A stretch of DNA of 39,524 nt. Origin: a virus. Numbering within the stretch: the stretch's first letter is position 1; each line of letters begins with the position of its first letter. The position numbers were made by a program, and so were the translations under genes. Of the stretch, positions 1 to 7,595 are shown piece after piece. The stretch lies in IMG/VR virus record IMGVR_UViG_3300045988_026467. One strand, given 5' to 3'. Below the pieces are notes generated by a model. It was given only the letters and a program-made list of their open reading frames with translations, had not been told where the DNA came from and made no database searches.

Positions 1-55
1 CGTCAGTGTATCCTTGCAATCTCCAACACTCTCGCTCTGTCAAATACCGATACCG
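1..55. repeat. Terminal direct repeat, copy 1 (identical to 39470..39524); assembly overlap of a circular contig
   Basis: cgtcagtgtatccttgcaatctccaacactctcgctctgtcaaataccgataccg occurs at both window ends. Confidence 0.95.
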
Positions 56-826
56 CCCATCACCTCGGTCGATAACCTGTGCAGGCGTCCGGTCTTGGCG
101 TGTTGTGATGGTGTATGCATAATCTTGAATGACTGTCGCTCGTCTGATGCCTTTTGCTCCGATGCATTCAAGGACTGACGGCTGTGTCACGTCATAGACA
201 TCCGGAACATCGCTCTCAAGGAAGTCCTGCAAGTTCTGCATCGGTGTCCGAATGAGGTCATCGAATTGGAACGGTTCTCCATCCAGTACCGACACCGTGA
301 ACACTCGTTCCCTTGCCTGTGGCAATCCGAACTCTCTTGCATCCAGTGTCTCGTGATTGTTTGAATATCCCAATCGTTCCATTTCGCTCATATACCTGTC
401 GAAATTCGGTCTCATGTACTTCGATTTCACATTCTTGACGTTTTCCCATATAACATACTTAGGACGCCATTCTCCCATGTTCTCGATGATATGTATTGTT
501 TCCCACATAAGTGAGGAACGTGTTCCGCTGCCCTCGTCTGAACCTTTTCCTCGGTTGATTCTCTCCTCGCCTGTCGCCTTGCCTTGGTGTCCGGCGATGC
601 TCATATCTTGGCAAGGCGAACCATGAATCAGAATGTCCGGCTTGAGATTCCATCCAACGACTGTCTGTGTCTTGTATTCGAGTTCATCTCTGAACATGGA
701 ATTGTAGGAATGGACTGCCTTTTCATTGATTTCCACATAGTCGATTGCTTTGGTTGGTATGTTGAGATTTCTCAATGCACATCTCGGCGAGCCGATTCCT
801 CCAAACAACTCAAGAATCTGAACCAT
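1..826 (-). CDS. DNA (cytosine-5)-methyltransferase, 5' portion; the gene crosses the circular junction and ends at 39321
   Basis: Own translation from ATG 826..824: MVQILELFGGIGSPR (motif I FxGxG), ILIHGSPCQDMSIAG (motif IV PCQ), YVIWENVKN (motif VI ENV), FGLPQARERVF (motif VIII QxRxR). The ORF stays open to position 1. Confidence 0.9.
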   Translation of the reverse strand, partial: MVQILELFGGIGSPRCALRNLNIPTKAIDYVEINEKAVHSYNSMFRDELEYKTQTVVGWNLKPDILIHGSPCQDMSIAGHQGKATGEERINRGKGSDEGSGTRSSLMWETIHIIENMGEWRPKYVIWENVKNVKSKYMRPNFDRYMSEMERLGYSNNHETLDAREFGLPQARERVFTVSVLDGEPFQFDDLIRTPMQNLQDFLESDVPDVYDVTQPSVLECIGAKGIRRATVIQDYAYTITTRQDRTPAQVIDRGDGRYRYLTERECWRLQGYTD

Positions 827-1643
827 TGAGACCGCCTCCTCTCGTCGCATAATAGAACATGTACTGTTGAATGATTCCGGCATATCCGTCATACTTCTCG
901 ACCGGAAACTTACCACCATACTGCTGCTTGATGATTTTATTTATCCATGTATCCACCGGAAAAGCGTCAACCTCGTGCATCCCAAACAGCCGGATGCAGT
1001 TGGCGACCTTTTGTCCTATCCCGTAGATGCTCCGGAGGTTCTTGTCACTATCTCCGGATGATAGTGTTCTGAGGTCAATCTTGCCATCCAGTACGTTCCG
1101 GACGAGACCCTCAAGGTATTTATTACGGTATCCAACGCCACAGGCTCGGAAATCTGCATCTCTTAACTGCTCCGGCGATGGGAATGTATATTGTGGCTGA
1201 TTCTGCCCGTATCCGTCCGGTATCGTGAGCCTGCTGCCATATTTCTCACACAGTGTCTCGATGCTCTGCTTTATCTTCGGGATGTTATTGTTCTGTGAAA
1301 TCATGAACGAGACAATCGTTTCCCACAGAGGTTGATTGAGTATCCGGATGCCTCTGCCGTATTCTGCTGCATCCATAAGAAACCTGTCCTCTTTGTCGAT
1401 GCTGTCAATGATTTTCTTGTATCCGGTCGGTATATCAAAATAATTCGCCCACTTATTTGCAAATGTGTCCTTGTTGCAGGATAGCTCAATCGAGTGACTG
1501 CCTGCTGCCTGTGTTATCTCTATGTAGTCAACCCCGACCACCACTGTGAACGTGTCCTTTTTGGTCGGATGCTCTTTCATCCGGAAACACTGACCGGAAT
1601 CCGCAATCTGCCGGATGTCAAAACAATCAACTTTGATTTCCAT
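810..1643 (-). CDS. ogg: OGG1-family 8-oxoguanine DNA glycosylase/AP lyase (HhH-GPD superfamily)
   Basis: 277 aa. DSGQCFR near the N-terminus. ILNQPLWETIVSFMISQNNNIPKIKQSIETLCEKYG resembles the OGG1 core. HhH-GPD element IYGIGQKVANCIRLFG...AFPVDTW keeps the catalytic Lys and Asp. A Q-x3-F pair (IIQQYMF) matches the OGG1 lesion-pocket pattern. RBS GGAGGGAGG lies upstream. Confidence 0.8.
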   Translation of the reverse strand: MEIKVDCFDIRQIADSGQCFRMKEHPTKKDTFTVVVGVDYIEITQAAGSHSIELSCNKDTFANKWANYFDIPTGYKKIIDSIDKEDRFLMDAAEYGRGIRILNQPLWETIVSFMISQNNNIPKIKQSIETLCEKYGSRLTIPDGYGQNQPQYTFPSPEQLRDADFRACGVGYRNKYLEGLVRNVLDGKIDLRTLSSGDSDKNLRSIYGIGQKVANCIRLFGMHEVDAFPVDTWINKIIKQQYGGKFPVEKYDGYAGIIQQYMFYYATRGGGLNGSDS

Positions 1644-2430
1644 GTTCAGAGCCTCCCTCCATATCTTTCAAGAGTTCAAATACAATATTACGATAGTCCT
1701 GTGTTGCAATACATCTCGGTGAGAATCTCGGCAACGGCATCATGTTGATGGTTGCTTTCTCTGCGATGATTGAACGTCTCACCGGAGTGACGAACACATC
1801 GAATCCGGATTGTTCCTTGAGCCACTCCTCGAACTCAAGAGATGTCTTATTCTTCTGTCTCATGGTGCATACTGCTTTGATTGTTAAGTCCGGATTGATT
1901 TCTCTCATGTTCTCAATCTGCTCTGCGAGGCTGTTGATTGCCCTCACCTCGAATCCTCCGACCTTTACCGGAACGATGACGAGTTCTGCTGCCATGAGGA
2001 CGTTAATGACCACCATGTCGAACAGTCGTCCGCAATCACAAATACAATAATCATATGCCTGCTGCACCTCGTCCAGTGCATCCCTCAGACGGAGAATCTG
2101 ATTCTCGTCCGACTTCATGAGCAGATTCATGTCCGTTTTCATGAGATAGCCATTCGCCGGAATAATATCAATGTGTGGATACTCTGTCGGTCTTATGAGG
2201 TCGCTTGTCTGATAGTGACCTCCCTGTGACACATGGTGCTCAATCAATTCGCTCATTCCGATTCCGTCCGGCTCATAGCATCCGAATGTCTCTGAGGTGT
2301 CGCCCTGTTGGTCTCCCTCAAGAATTAAGACACGCTTTCCATGCTCCTCGCCCAGTATGTAGGCGATGGAATCTGACGTCGTTGTTTTTCCGATGCCTCC
2401 CTTTGGAGACATAACTGCAATAGTTTTCAT
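1627..2430 (-). CDS. parA: ParA/Soj-family ATPase
   Basis: 267 aa. Deviant Walker A motif MSPKGGIGKTTT, then LILEGDQQGD and a hydrophobic strand plus Asp (YCICDCG). RBS AGGAGG 7 nt upstream. Its 3' end overlaps the ogg start by 17 nt. Confidence 0.85.
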   Translation of the reverse strand: MKTIAVMSPKGGIGKTTTSDSIAYILGEEHGKRVLILEGDQQGDTSETFGCYEPDGIGMSELIEHHVSQGGHYQTSDLIRPTEYPHIDIIPANGYLMKTDMNLLMKSDENQILRLRDALDEVQQAYDYCICDCGRLFDMVVINVLMAAELVIVPVKVGGFEVRAINSLAEQIENMREINPDLTIKAVCTMRQKNKTSLEFEEWLKEQSGFDVFVTPVRRSIIAEKATINMMPLPRFSPRCIATQDYRNIVFELLKDMEGGSEHGNQS

Positions 2431-2458
2431 CCTGTTTCCTCCTGTTATCTTTTCCCTG

Positions 2459-2593
2459 TTATCTTCTGCGGTTCTGACCGCTCATGCACGTTCTGAACTG
2501 ATTCATCTCTTTCCCGACTTCATAAAGCACTTTGATGATTGTGACGCCTGCTGCCAGTGCGGTCGCTGCGATGATGATGCCTGCTGTTCTCAT
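2459..2593 (-). CDS. Small membrane protein (44 aa), hypothetical
   Basis: Own translation: MRTAGIIIAATALAAGVTIIKVLYEVGKEMNQFRTCMSGQNRRR, with one hydrophobic helix. ATGA start/stop overlap with the upstream ORF 2590..2814. Below the ORF-track size cutoff. Confidence 0.5.
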   Translation of the reverse strand: MRTAGIIIAATALAAGVTIIKVLYEVGKEMNQFRTCMSGQNRRR

Positions 2594-2814
2594 GCTATCA
2601 CCTCCCCGATAAAATATTCGTTGTGCTCACAGGTGCAGCAATATGATTCGAGTTCATTGTCATCCGGATTCCTGCAACCGGAACACTGCCCCATCCCATT
2701 GATGACGGGTTCTTTGAATCCGCATCCGGCATATTGTTTCGCCATGGTACAGGATTTCAATGCTTTCTTGGTTTTCTTCTCCTGCTCTCTAATCAAATCC
2801 CATCTCGTCCTCAC
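2590..2814 (-). CDS. Cys-rich small protein (74 aa), hypothetical
   Basis: ORF track. Several CxxC/CxC pairs (GCGF, CSGC, CCTCEH). ATGA overlap with the VRR-NUC stop. Confidence 0.55.
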   Translation of the reverse strand: MRTRWDLIREQEKKTKKALKSCTMAKQYAGCGFKEPVINGMGQCSGCRNPDDNELESYCCTCEHNEYFIGEVIA

Positions 2815-3305
2815 TTGACCTCACCGCCTTTCAAGATGCTGTTGTTCGGTATATCCATGACCATCTTTTCGATTGCGTCCTGCTTTCCACTCGCTCGCCC
2901 CATCACAATCATGACATCATTCATCCTCCAACTATTGAGAGATAAATATTTCTCGATGACCTTGATTGCCTCCTCTGCCGAATAACATGTCGCCACGAAA
3001 TGACCTGCCTCTGCCATATCTCTGAGGAACTCTTTCTGTGTTGCCTGCTGCCTGTTGTCACCGTATTTCATCTCGATGAACAATCCGCAATACATCCCTC
3101 TCGGATATGGGAGGCACAAGTCGGACACGCCTGCCTTGACGCCCATCTGTTTGAATTTCACTGCCTCCTGTTTGTTCCTGCTGCCACCATTCGGAACGTG
3201 ATACAACCATCTCAATTCCGGATACCTGTTCATGTTCCAGTTCGCCCATGAGATGACGTTGATTTGCTCCGTGTCCTCACTTCTCAATGCATATTTCATA
3301 TTCAT
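2811..3305 (-). CDS. VRR-NUC domain nuclease (PD-(D/E)xK fold)
   Basis: GVKAGVSDLCLPYPRGMYCGLFIEMKYG contains the D...E-x-K motif. Start moved to MNMKYAL (ATG 3305), which forms an ATGA overlap with the upstream 43-aa ORF. Confidence 0.75.
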   Translation of the reverse strand: MNMKYALRSEDTEQINVISWANWNMNRYPELRWLYHVPNGGSRNKQEAVKFKQMGVKAGVSDLCLPYPRGMYCGLFIEMKYGDNRQQATQKEFLRDMAEAGHFVATCYSAEEAIKVIEKYLSLNSWRMNDVMIVMGRASGKQDAIEKMVMDIPNNSILKGGEVK

Positions 3306-3433
3306 TTTTCTGATTCCTCCTCTATTAGTTCTGCCCTGCATTGCTCATAAAACTCGCAGAACAGGCAAATGCTCCGGCAGTCTTTGACCTTGAGCATCCA
3401 TCTCAGTCTTGCGACTGCCTCTCTGAACCTCAT
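3302..3433 (-). CDS. Small hypothetical protein (43 aa)
   Basis: Own translation: MRFREAVARLRWMLKVKDCRSICLFCEFYEQCRAELIEEESEK. ATGA overlaps at both ends place it in a translationally coupled chain. Confidence 0.4.
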   Translation of the reverse strand: MRFREAVARLRWMLKVKDCRSICLFCEFYEQCRAELIEEESEK

Positions 3434-3738
3434 TTGTCACACTCCTCCATCTCCATCACCATGTATCCGTGAATCAAGATGGTTTTCTCTTTCTTCCCGA
3501 ACTGGTTTCTCGGAGGCTCATTCTCACGCAGGTTCGGCATGTTTCTCTTTGCCTCCCACCACTTTTTCGTGTTGCCTGCCCTGTGAAACGGCGTGAGAAA
3601 TACTTTCATTTTCTGCCCCTGCACTCCGAACGAGGTCTTGTCAATCTTGAGGAAGTCTGTGAATCCTGCTGCCTCAATCTGCTGTTCGGCTTTTATGAAA
3701 TACTTTTCTTTTTCTTCATCCGTCCATCCGAATCTCAC
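3430..3738 (-). CDS. Hypothetical protein (102 aa)
   Basis: ORF track. Sits in an operon with 4-nt overlaps on both sides. No motif recognised. Confidence 0.6.
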   Translation of the reverse strand: MRFGWTDEEKEKYFIKAEQQIEAAGFTDFLKIDKTSFGVQGQKMKVFLTPFHRAGNTKKWWEAKRNMPNLRENEPPRNQFGKKEKTILIHGYMVMEMEECDK

Positions 3739-4520
3739 TGCTCAAGTTCCTCCTCAATCTCTTTCATCCGTTGTATAATGGTCTCATTGTATTCATAGAC
3801 ATATATTCCATTGCTCCACAGATGTGTGTATGCTCCACGCTCGCCGTAATTGTATGCAGCAAGTGCATCTTGAATCGTGCCATATTTCTCAATCAGTCCG
3901 GAAATATAGTCGATGCCGACGTGTATGTTCTGATATGGGTCGAGCAGGTTCGTCGCCCCCAGTTCCTCCATTCGGTCGATATGTGCTGACTGCCATATCT
4001 GCATATATCCCATGGAATGACCATCGTCTCCGATGCGGTCGTACTGGTATCCGGATTCACGCTCAATCATCGCCACCACGAGGCTATATCTCACGCCGTA
4101 CTGTTTGCACAGGCAATATGTGTATATCTGTGCCTCCTCCGGAAAATAGCCTCCGGTCGCTTGATATTCCTCCGGTATCTCGTAGAACACGAAACCATCC
4201 TCCTCGCCACCGTAGTCCATCGACATGGTGTCGAATGCTCCGATGTTCTCAATGTCCGCATCCAGTATCGCCTGCTCTCCGGTCTCAATTCCTGTCATTG
4301 TTCCATTGAGTGCCCTTGCCACTCCTGCGGACAGGTCTGCCAAACTGTCGGCGTTCTCAATTCTTTCTCTGATTTCCTGCTTTCGCTGTTCCTCCTGTCG
4401 CTTTCTCTCGCTTGCTCCTCTGACTGCTGCCACTGCCGTGTGTACCATGAGCACCGCTCCGATTATCAGAACGATTGCGAGGCATATTCTGTCGTGTTTT
4501 CTTGCCTGCTTTCGTGTCAT
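3735..4520 (-). CDS. Membrane-anchored lytic transglycosylase (SLT domain)
   Basis: N-terminal TM helix ICLAIVLIIGAVLMVHTAVAAV. SLT motifs MIERESGY (catalytic Glu), GYMQI and AYNYG. RBS AGAGGAGG 7 nt before ATG 4520. Confidence 0.8.
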   Translation of the reverse strand: MTRKQARKHDRICLAIVLIIGAVLMVHTAVAAVRGASERKRQEEQRKQEIRERIENADSLADLSAGVARALNGTMTGIETGEQAILDADIENIGAFDTMSMDYGGEEDGFVFYEIPEEYQATGGYFPEEAQIYTYCLCKQYGVRYSLVVAMIERESGYQYDRIGDDGHSMGYMQIWQSAHIDRMEELGATNLLDPYQNIHVGIDYISGLIEKYGTIQDALAAYNYGERGAYTHLWSNGIYVYEYNETIIQRMKEIEEELEQ

Positions 4521-5442
4521 GTTCTGACCTCCTCTTTCTCATTCGTGCATGTATGTAGAACATGCAGTTGAAATCGTTGTAATAGACTGCGGAATCCGTG
4601 AACTCATAATCGGGATACCATTTCGCCAACTGCTCCGGAATGCTTTCTCTGTTCTTGACCATCCCGTCGACGAATGAGCCTATCTGTTTATAGTTGCCCC
4701 CTGCTGCCGGACGCTTTGAGTGAACCACTCTGATTCTCGGCTGCGTGAGGTTCTGTGAACTGTTCCATCTCTTTTCTGACTTGACCCTCTCTTTTTCCTT
4801 GACGATATAGTTCGCCATGCCGGACAGACCGAACTTGTCCTTTTCCAGTCTGCGGACTTCGTTCCTGCTGCCACATTTCCATGCCTTTTCAACTGCATCC
4901 ATGTCAAGGTCTCCATCCATCACGAGATGATGATGCCATCTGATTTCCTCGTCCGGATTGTATTCCGTGACGTATATGTATTTGCAATTTCCGAAACCCT
5001 GCTTTTTCCGCTGATAGTTGATTCTGCGGATATAGTTCTGCATGTTCTTGATTGCTGCATCAATATCTCCATCCGGAGGCAGATGCTCGTCATCATAGGT
5101 CAGCGTTATCCAAATGTCTCGGTCTGTGAAATTCTCATTGATAAGACGCTCAACGTATTTCCTCGCATTCTTATCATTCAGATTCTTTTGAGCCTTGGTG
5201 TTGTCCTTTTTCAATCCCTCCGGAGGAACTTCATCCATGCTCCGGAACTGCGGATATATCTCAACCTCGAACTGCTCTCCTGCTGTTATCTCTTTGAGTG
5301 CATACACGACTTTCTTTCTGTGATTGAACATCTGCTCCACAAACCACTCATGCATGTCCTCAAGGCTTTTCGCATACGCTGCCTCATAGTCATACGGGAT
5401 GAAACCCCTCCTCGGTTTCTTCCTTTTCTTGCCCTGCTCCAT
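4357..5442 (-). CDS. HUH-superfamily rolling-circle replication initiator (Rep)
   Basis: 361 aa. Motif 1 IWITLTYDD, motif 2 RWHHHLVMD (HUH), motif 3 GMANYIVKE (catalytic Tyr). The last ~55 codons overlap the SLT gene out of frame and are low-complexity, so the true C-terminus is uncertain. Confidence 0.75.
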   Translation of the reverse strand: MEQGKKRKKPRRGFIPYDYEAAYAKSLEDMHEWFVEQMFNHRKKVVYALKEITAGEQFEVEIYPQFRSMDEVPPEGLKKDNTKAQKNLNDKNARKYVERLINENFTDRDIWITLTYDDEHLPPDGDIDAAIKNMQNYIRRINYQRKKQGFGNCKYIYVTEYNPDEEIRWHHHLVMDGDLDMDAVEKAWKCGSRNEVRRLEKDKFGLSGMANYIVKEKERVKSEKRWNSSQNLTQPRIRVVHSKRPAAGGNYKQIGSFVDGMVKNRESIPEQLAKWYPDYEFTDSAVYYNDFNCMFYIHARMRKRRSEHDTKAGKKTRQNMPRNRSDNRSGAHGTHGSGSSQRSKREKATGGTAKAGNQRKN

Positions 5443-5574
5443 ATTCTGACACGTTCCTCCTGTTGCCCTTATATTCTTACTTTCAAGGTTTCGTTGAGTT
5501 GTTACTATCCATTACAAGGTCGACAAAACCTTGCGAATCCCTTGAAAATAAAGGCTTTCTTGCCTCCGTTTTTC

Positions 5575-5603
5575 TTGCATTCCCGTGTCAGATTTGTTAT
5601 AAT
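5575..5603 (+). promoter_or_regulatory. Near-consensus sigma-A type promoter on the plus strand, antisense to the rep leader
   Basis: TTGCAT (5575..5580), 17-nt spacer, TGtTATAAT extended -10 (TATAAT 5598..5603). Confidence 0.6.
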
Positions 5604-5609
5604 ATTTAT

Positions 5610-5674
5610 AGGTTTTCAAATATGACACGAACTTTTGAATCGGGTGACCACTGCAATGGTCACCCTTTTCTTTT
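5610..5674 (+). ncRNA. Candidate ~65-nt antisense sRNA (countertranscript) complementary to the mRNA upstream of rep
   Basis: Starts just after the promoter at 5575..5603. Ends at an intrinsic terminator: GGGTGACCA (5642..5650), loop ctgcaa, TGGTCACCC (5657..5665), then TTTTCTTTT. No RBS-preceded ORF inside. Confidence 0.5.
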
Positions 5675-5696
5675 GCCCTTTTATGAGATTGTGCTG

Positions 5697-5894
5697 TTAT
5701 GCACCCTGCAACTGCCGTTTGTAGGTGTCGAGTAAACCTCGATAGATATAATATGCATGACGGGTCTTGCCGTCTTTCTTGAGAGCGTATCCAATCGGCA
5801 GGCGGTCGTTTCTCATGAGGTACTGCAATGCCTCGACATCCATATTCAACTCTTTCGCTGCCTGTTTGGTTGTCACCCTTTCCATGGAATCCAT
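5697..5894 (-). CDS. Excisionase-like / MerR-type helix-turn-helix DNA-binding protein (65 aa)
   Basis: VTTKQAAKELNMDVEALQYLMRNDRLPIG is a typical Xis-family HTH. RBS GGGAGGTG upstream. Confidence 0.65.
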   Translation of the reverse strand: MDSMERVTTKQAAKELNMDVEALQYLMRNDRLPIGYALKKDGKTRHAYYIYRGLLDTYKRQLQGA

Positions 5895-5979
5895 ATCCTT
5901 TCACCTCCCTGTCTATGATAAAAGGCTCACGCCTGTGTTTTCTGATGTCCTGCCATCGCTGACAGGACGTATCTGTCTG

Positions 5980-6138
5980 CTATGCTGTGGCAACTGCTGC
6001 CTCTTTTCTCTCCCACTGCTGCCGTTCCTCCTGTTTTCCCATCATGTACCCAACAATGAAAGATTTGTCGTTCTCCTCCAATCCGGTGAACTTCTCAGCC
6101 ATTGCCTCAATCATGCGTTTTTTCTCGTCCTTTGACAT
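5980..6138 (-). CDS. Small hypothetical protein (52 aa)
   Basis: Own translation: MSKDEKKRMIEAMAEKFTGLEENDKSFIVGYMMGKQEERQQWERKEAAVATA. RBS AAGGAGAG upstream. Confidence 0.5.
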   Translation of the reverse strand: MSKDEKKRMIEAMAEKFTGLEENDKSFIVGYMMGKQEERQQWERKEAAVATA

Positions 6139-6219
6139 GGTTTTCTCTCCTTTCGTGACCTGTCATCATCAGCGTATGGCGGTCAATCCATACGGACGGG
6201 CAACTACTGCCCGTTTCGA

Positions 6220-6519
6220 CTAAAAATCAAATGTATATTCCCATGTGGGTTCTGCTCCGGTGACCTCGATGTCACCGTGATGTATGTACGCTTTGCACTG
6301 AAAAAAGTGCTCGTTGTGGTCGTGAGATTCCTCGACCTCGCTTTCATCCAGTTCAACCTCAACCACAATCATTCTCTTGATGCCTCTCAGTATCAAAAAC
6401 TTGCAGGCATCAACTGCCGTCGTGCATAGATACACGCATCCATCCCACGATTTCCGGATTGCTCCATCCGTGAAAATCTTCTCCATTGTTTTCTCTGTTG
6501 TTGCGTGGTAGTATTTCAT
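6220..6519 (-). CDS. Hypothetical protein (99 aa); weak pattern resemblance to DUF952 / H-Y-E ADP-ribosyltransferase-like fold
   Basis: Start moved to MKYYHAT (ATG 6519), preceded by AGGAGGAAATC. The upstream part of track ORF 6220..6690 has no RBS. YYHATT...GCVYLCTT...MIVVEVELDE matches only at pattern level. Confidence 0.6.
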   Translation of the reverse strand: MKYYHATTEKTMEKIFTDGAIRKSWDGCVYLCTTAVDACKFLILRGIKRMIVVEVELDESEVEESHDHNEHFFQCKAYIHHGDIEVTGAEPTWEYTFDF

Positions 6520-6537
6520 GATTTCCTCCTGTTTTTC

Positions 6538-6567
6538 TTGTCCTGCTGTTCCCTCCTGCCATATAAT
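6538..6567 (+). promoter_or_regulatory. Candidate promoter for the plus-strand gene 6608..6826
   Basis: TTGTCC (6538..6543), 18-nt spacer, TATAAT (6562..6567). Confidence 0.45.
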
Positions 6568-6607
6568 GAATGTGCAACCATTTCCGACTGACAGGAGGTG
6601 AGGACTT

Positions 6608-6826
6608 ATGAAAATTGATGTTGACTTTGACGAATTGATGCAAACTGCTTTGAACGGTAGCATTGAGGCAAGCGAAAAACTCGCAGACAAATCTCCGGAT
6701 GCTGCCGGATATGCTGAACAGTTCGAGCGTATCGCAAAGATTTCGGCAGGTGTTACAGTGGGGATTCTCCGTGAGTATCACGCTGCCCTTGAGATTGCTC
6801 TTGATGCAATTTCAACCACTCGTTGA
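6608..6826 (+). CDS. Hypothetical helical protein (72 aa), opposite orientation to the surrounding early operon
   Basis: Strong RBS ACAGGAGGTGAGG before the ATG. Has its own promoter candidate and a downstream intrinsic terminator. Confidence 0.6.
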   Translation: MKIDVDFDELMQTALNGSIEASEKLADKSPDAAGYAEQFERIAKISAGVTVGILREYHAALEIALDAISTTR

Positions 6827-6845
6827 GAATTTCATCATCGTCCAC

Positions 6846-6878
6846 GGGCAGGGATTTCAGAAATCTCCTGCCCTTTTT
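6846..6878 (+). terminator. Intrinsic terminator for 6608..6826
   Basis: GGGCAGG (6846..6852), 14-nt loop, CCTGCCC (6867..6873), then TTTTT. No U-run on the opposite strand. Confidence 0.6.
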
Positions 6879-6910
6879 CAATATTGTTTTGATTGCTTTG
6901 AGTATCTTCA

Positions 6911-7129
6911 TCAATCTGCCTCCGGCATCTCAATGAAATAGTTTTCACTATTCCATTCGTCTCTCATGAATATGTATCTCTTGCCGTTCCACTCATTAAG
7001 TATCTGAATGAACTTGACCTCTCCGAGTGAATCATCTTTCTTTTTGGCATCCAGTTCCTCGAATGTTGTGACTGTTCCCCAACAACTGCCGACTACCTTA
7101 TCATTGACACAAAAATCATTTTTTCTCAT
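6911..7129 (-). CDS. Hypothetical protein (72 aa)
   Basis: ORF track. RBS AGGAGG 8 nt upstream. Confidence 0.6.
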   Translation of the reverse strand: MRKNDFCVNDKVVGSCWGTVTTFEELDAKKKDDSLGEVKFIQILNEWNGKRYIFMRDEWNSENYFIEMPEAD

Positions 7130-7178
7130 TTTCCTGTCCTCCTGTTCTTTGGTCGGGAGGCTTTCGCCTCCCTGCGGT

Positions 7179-7595
7179 TTATTCTGCTAGTGTTATCTTT
7201 CTGCCTTTCAAGTCGATGCAGTTCTCATAATCGAAATCAAATTCAGTGTTGAGGTTCAAGTCATGACCCTCTTTTTGCAGTTTCATGAAATCCTGTTCGT
7301 CGAGTGCATCAATGACGTATTTCCCTGTTGCGATGTCGATGTCAACCAGTTCCACATATTTGATATGGTAATAACATCCGTTTGGGGTTTTTCTGTATCC
7401 ACTGCGGTCTCTCACGCACATTCTTTTGATATTTTTCTCTTTTTTCGGCTGTGGGATTGCTTTGAGTATCTGTTTGATACTTTTCACGAAATCCTGCTGA
7501 TTGAGGTTGCTGTTCATGTATAAAGTCTCGAATGCGTCGTACTGTTCTGTCGTGACTTCTCTGCCTGCCATTCTTTCAAATTCGTGTTTCATCAT
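7179..7595 (-). CDS. Hypothetical protein (138 aa), first gene of the early leftward operon
   Basis: ORF track. RBS AGGAGG upstream. Lies downstream of the consensus promoter at 7787..7815. Confidence 0.65.
   Translation of the reverse strand: MMKHEFERMAGREVTTEQYDAFETLYMNSNLNQQDFVKSIKQILKAIPQPKKEKNIKRMCVRDRSGYRKTPNGCYYHIKYVELVDIDIATGKYVIDALDEQDFMKLQKEGHDLNLNTEFDFDYENCIDLKGRKITLAE

Noticed and set aside
4927-5625. 232-aa plus-strand ORF opposite rep
   Set aside because: It is fully antisense to the Rep gene, which has clear HUH motifs. It has no RBS and hydrophobic junk-like composition.
5463-5904. ORFs 5463..5735 (+) and 5512..5904 (-) in the rep leader
   Set aside because: Neither has an RBS. 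The minus ORF overlaps the well-supported Xis-like gene in another frame. The region instead shows promoter and terminator signals for a small RNA.
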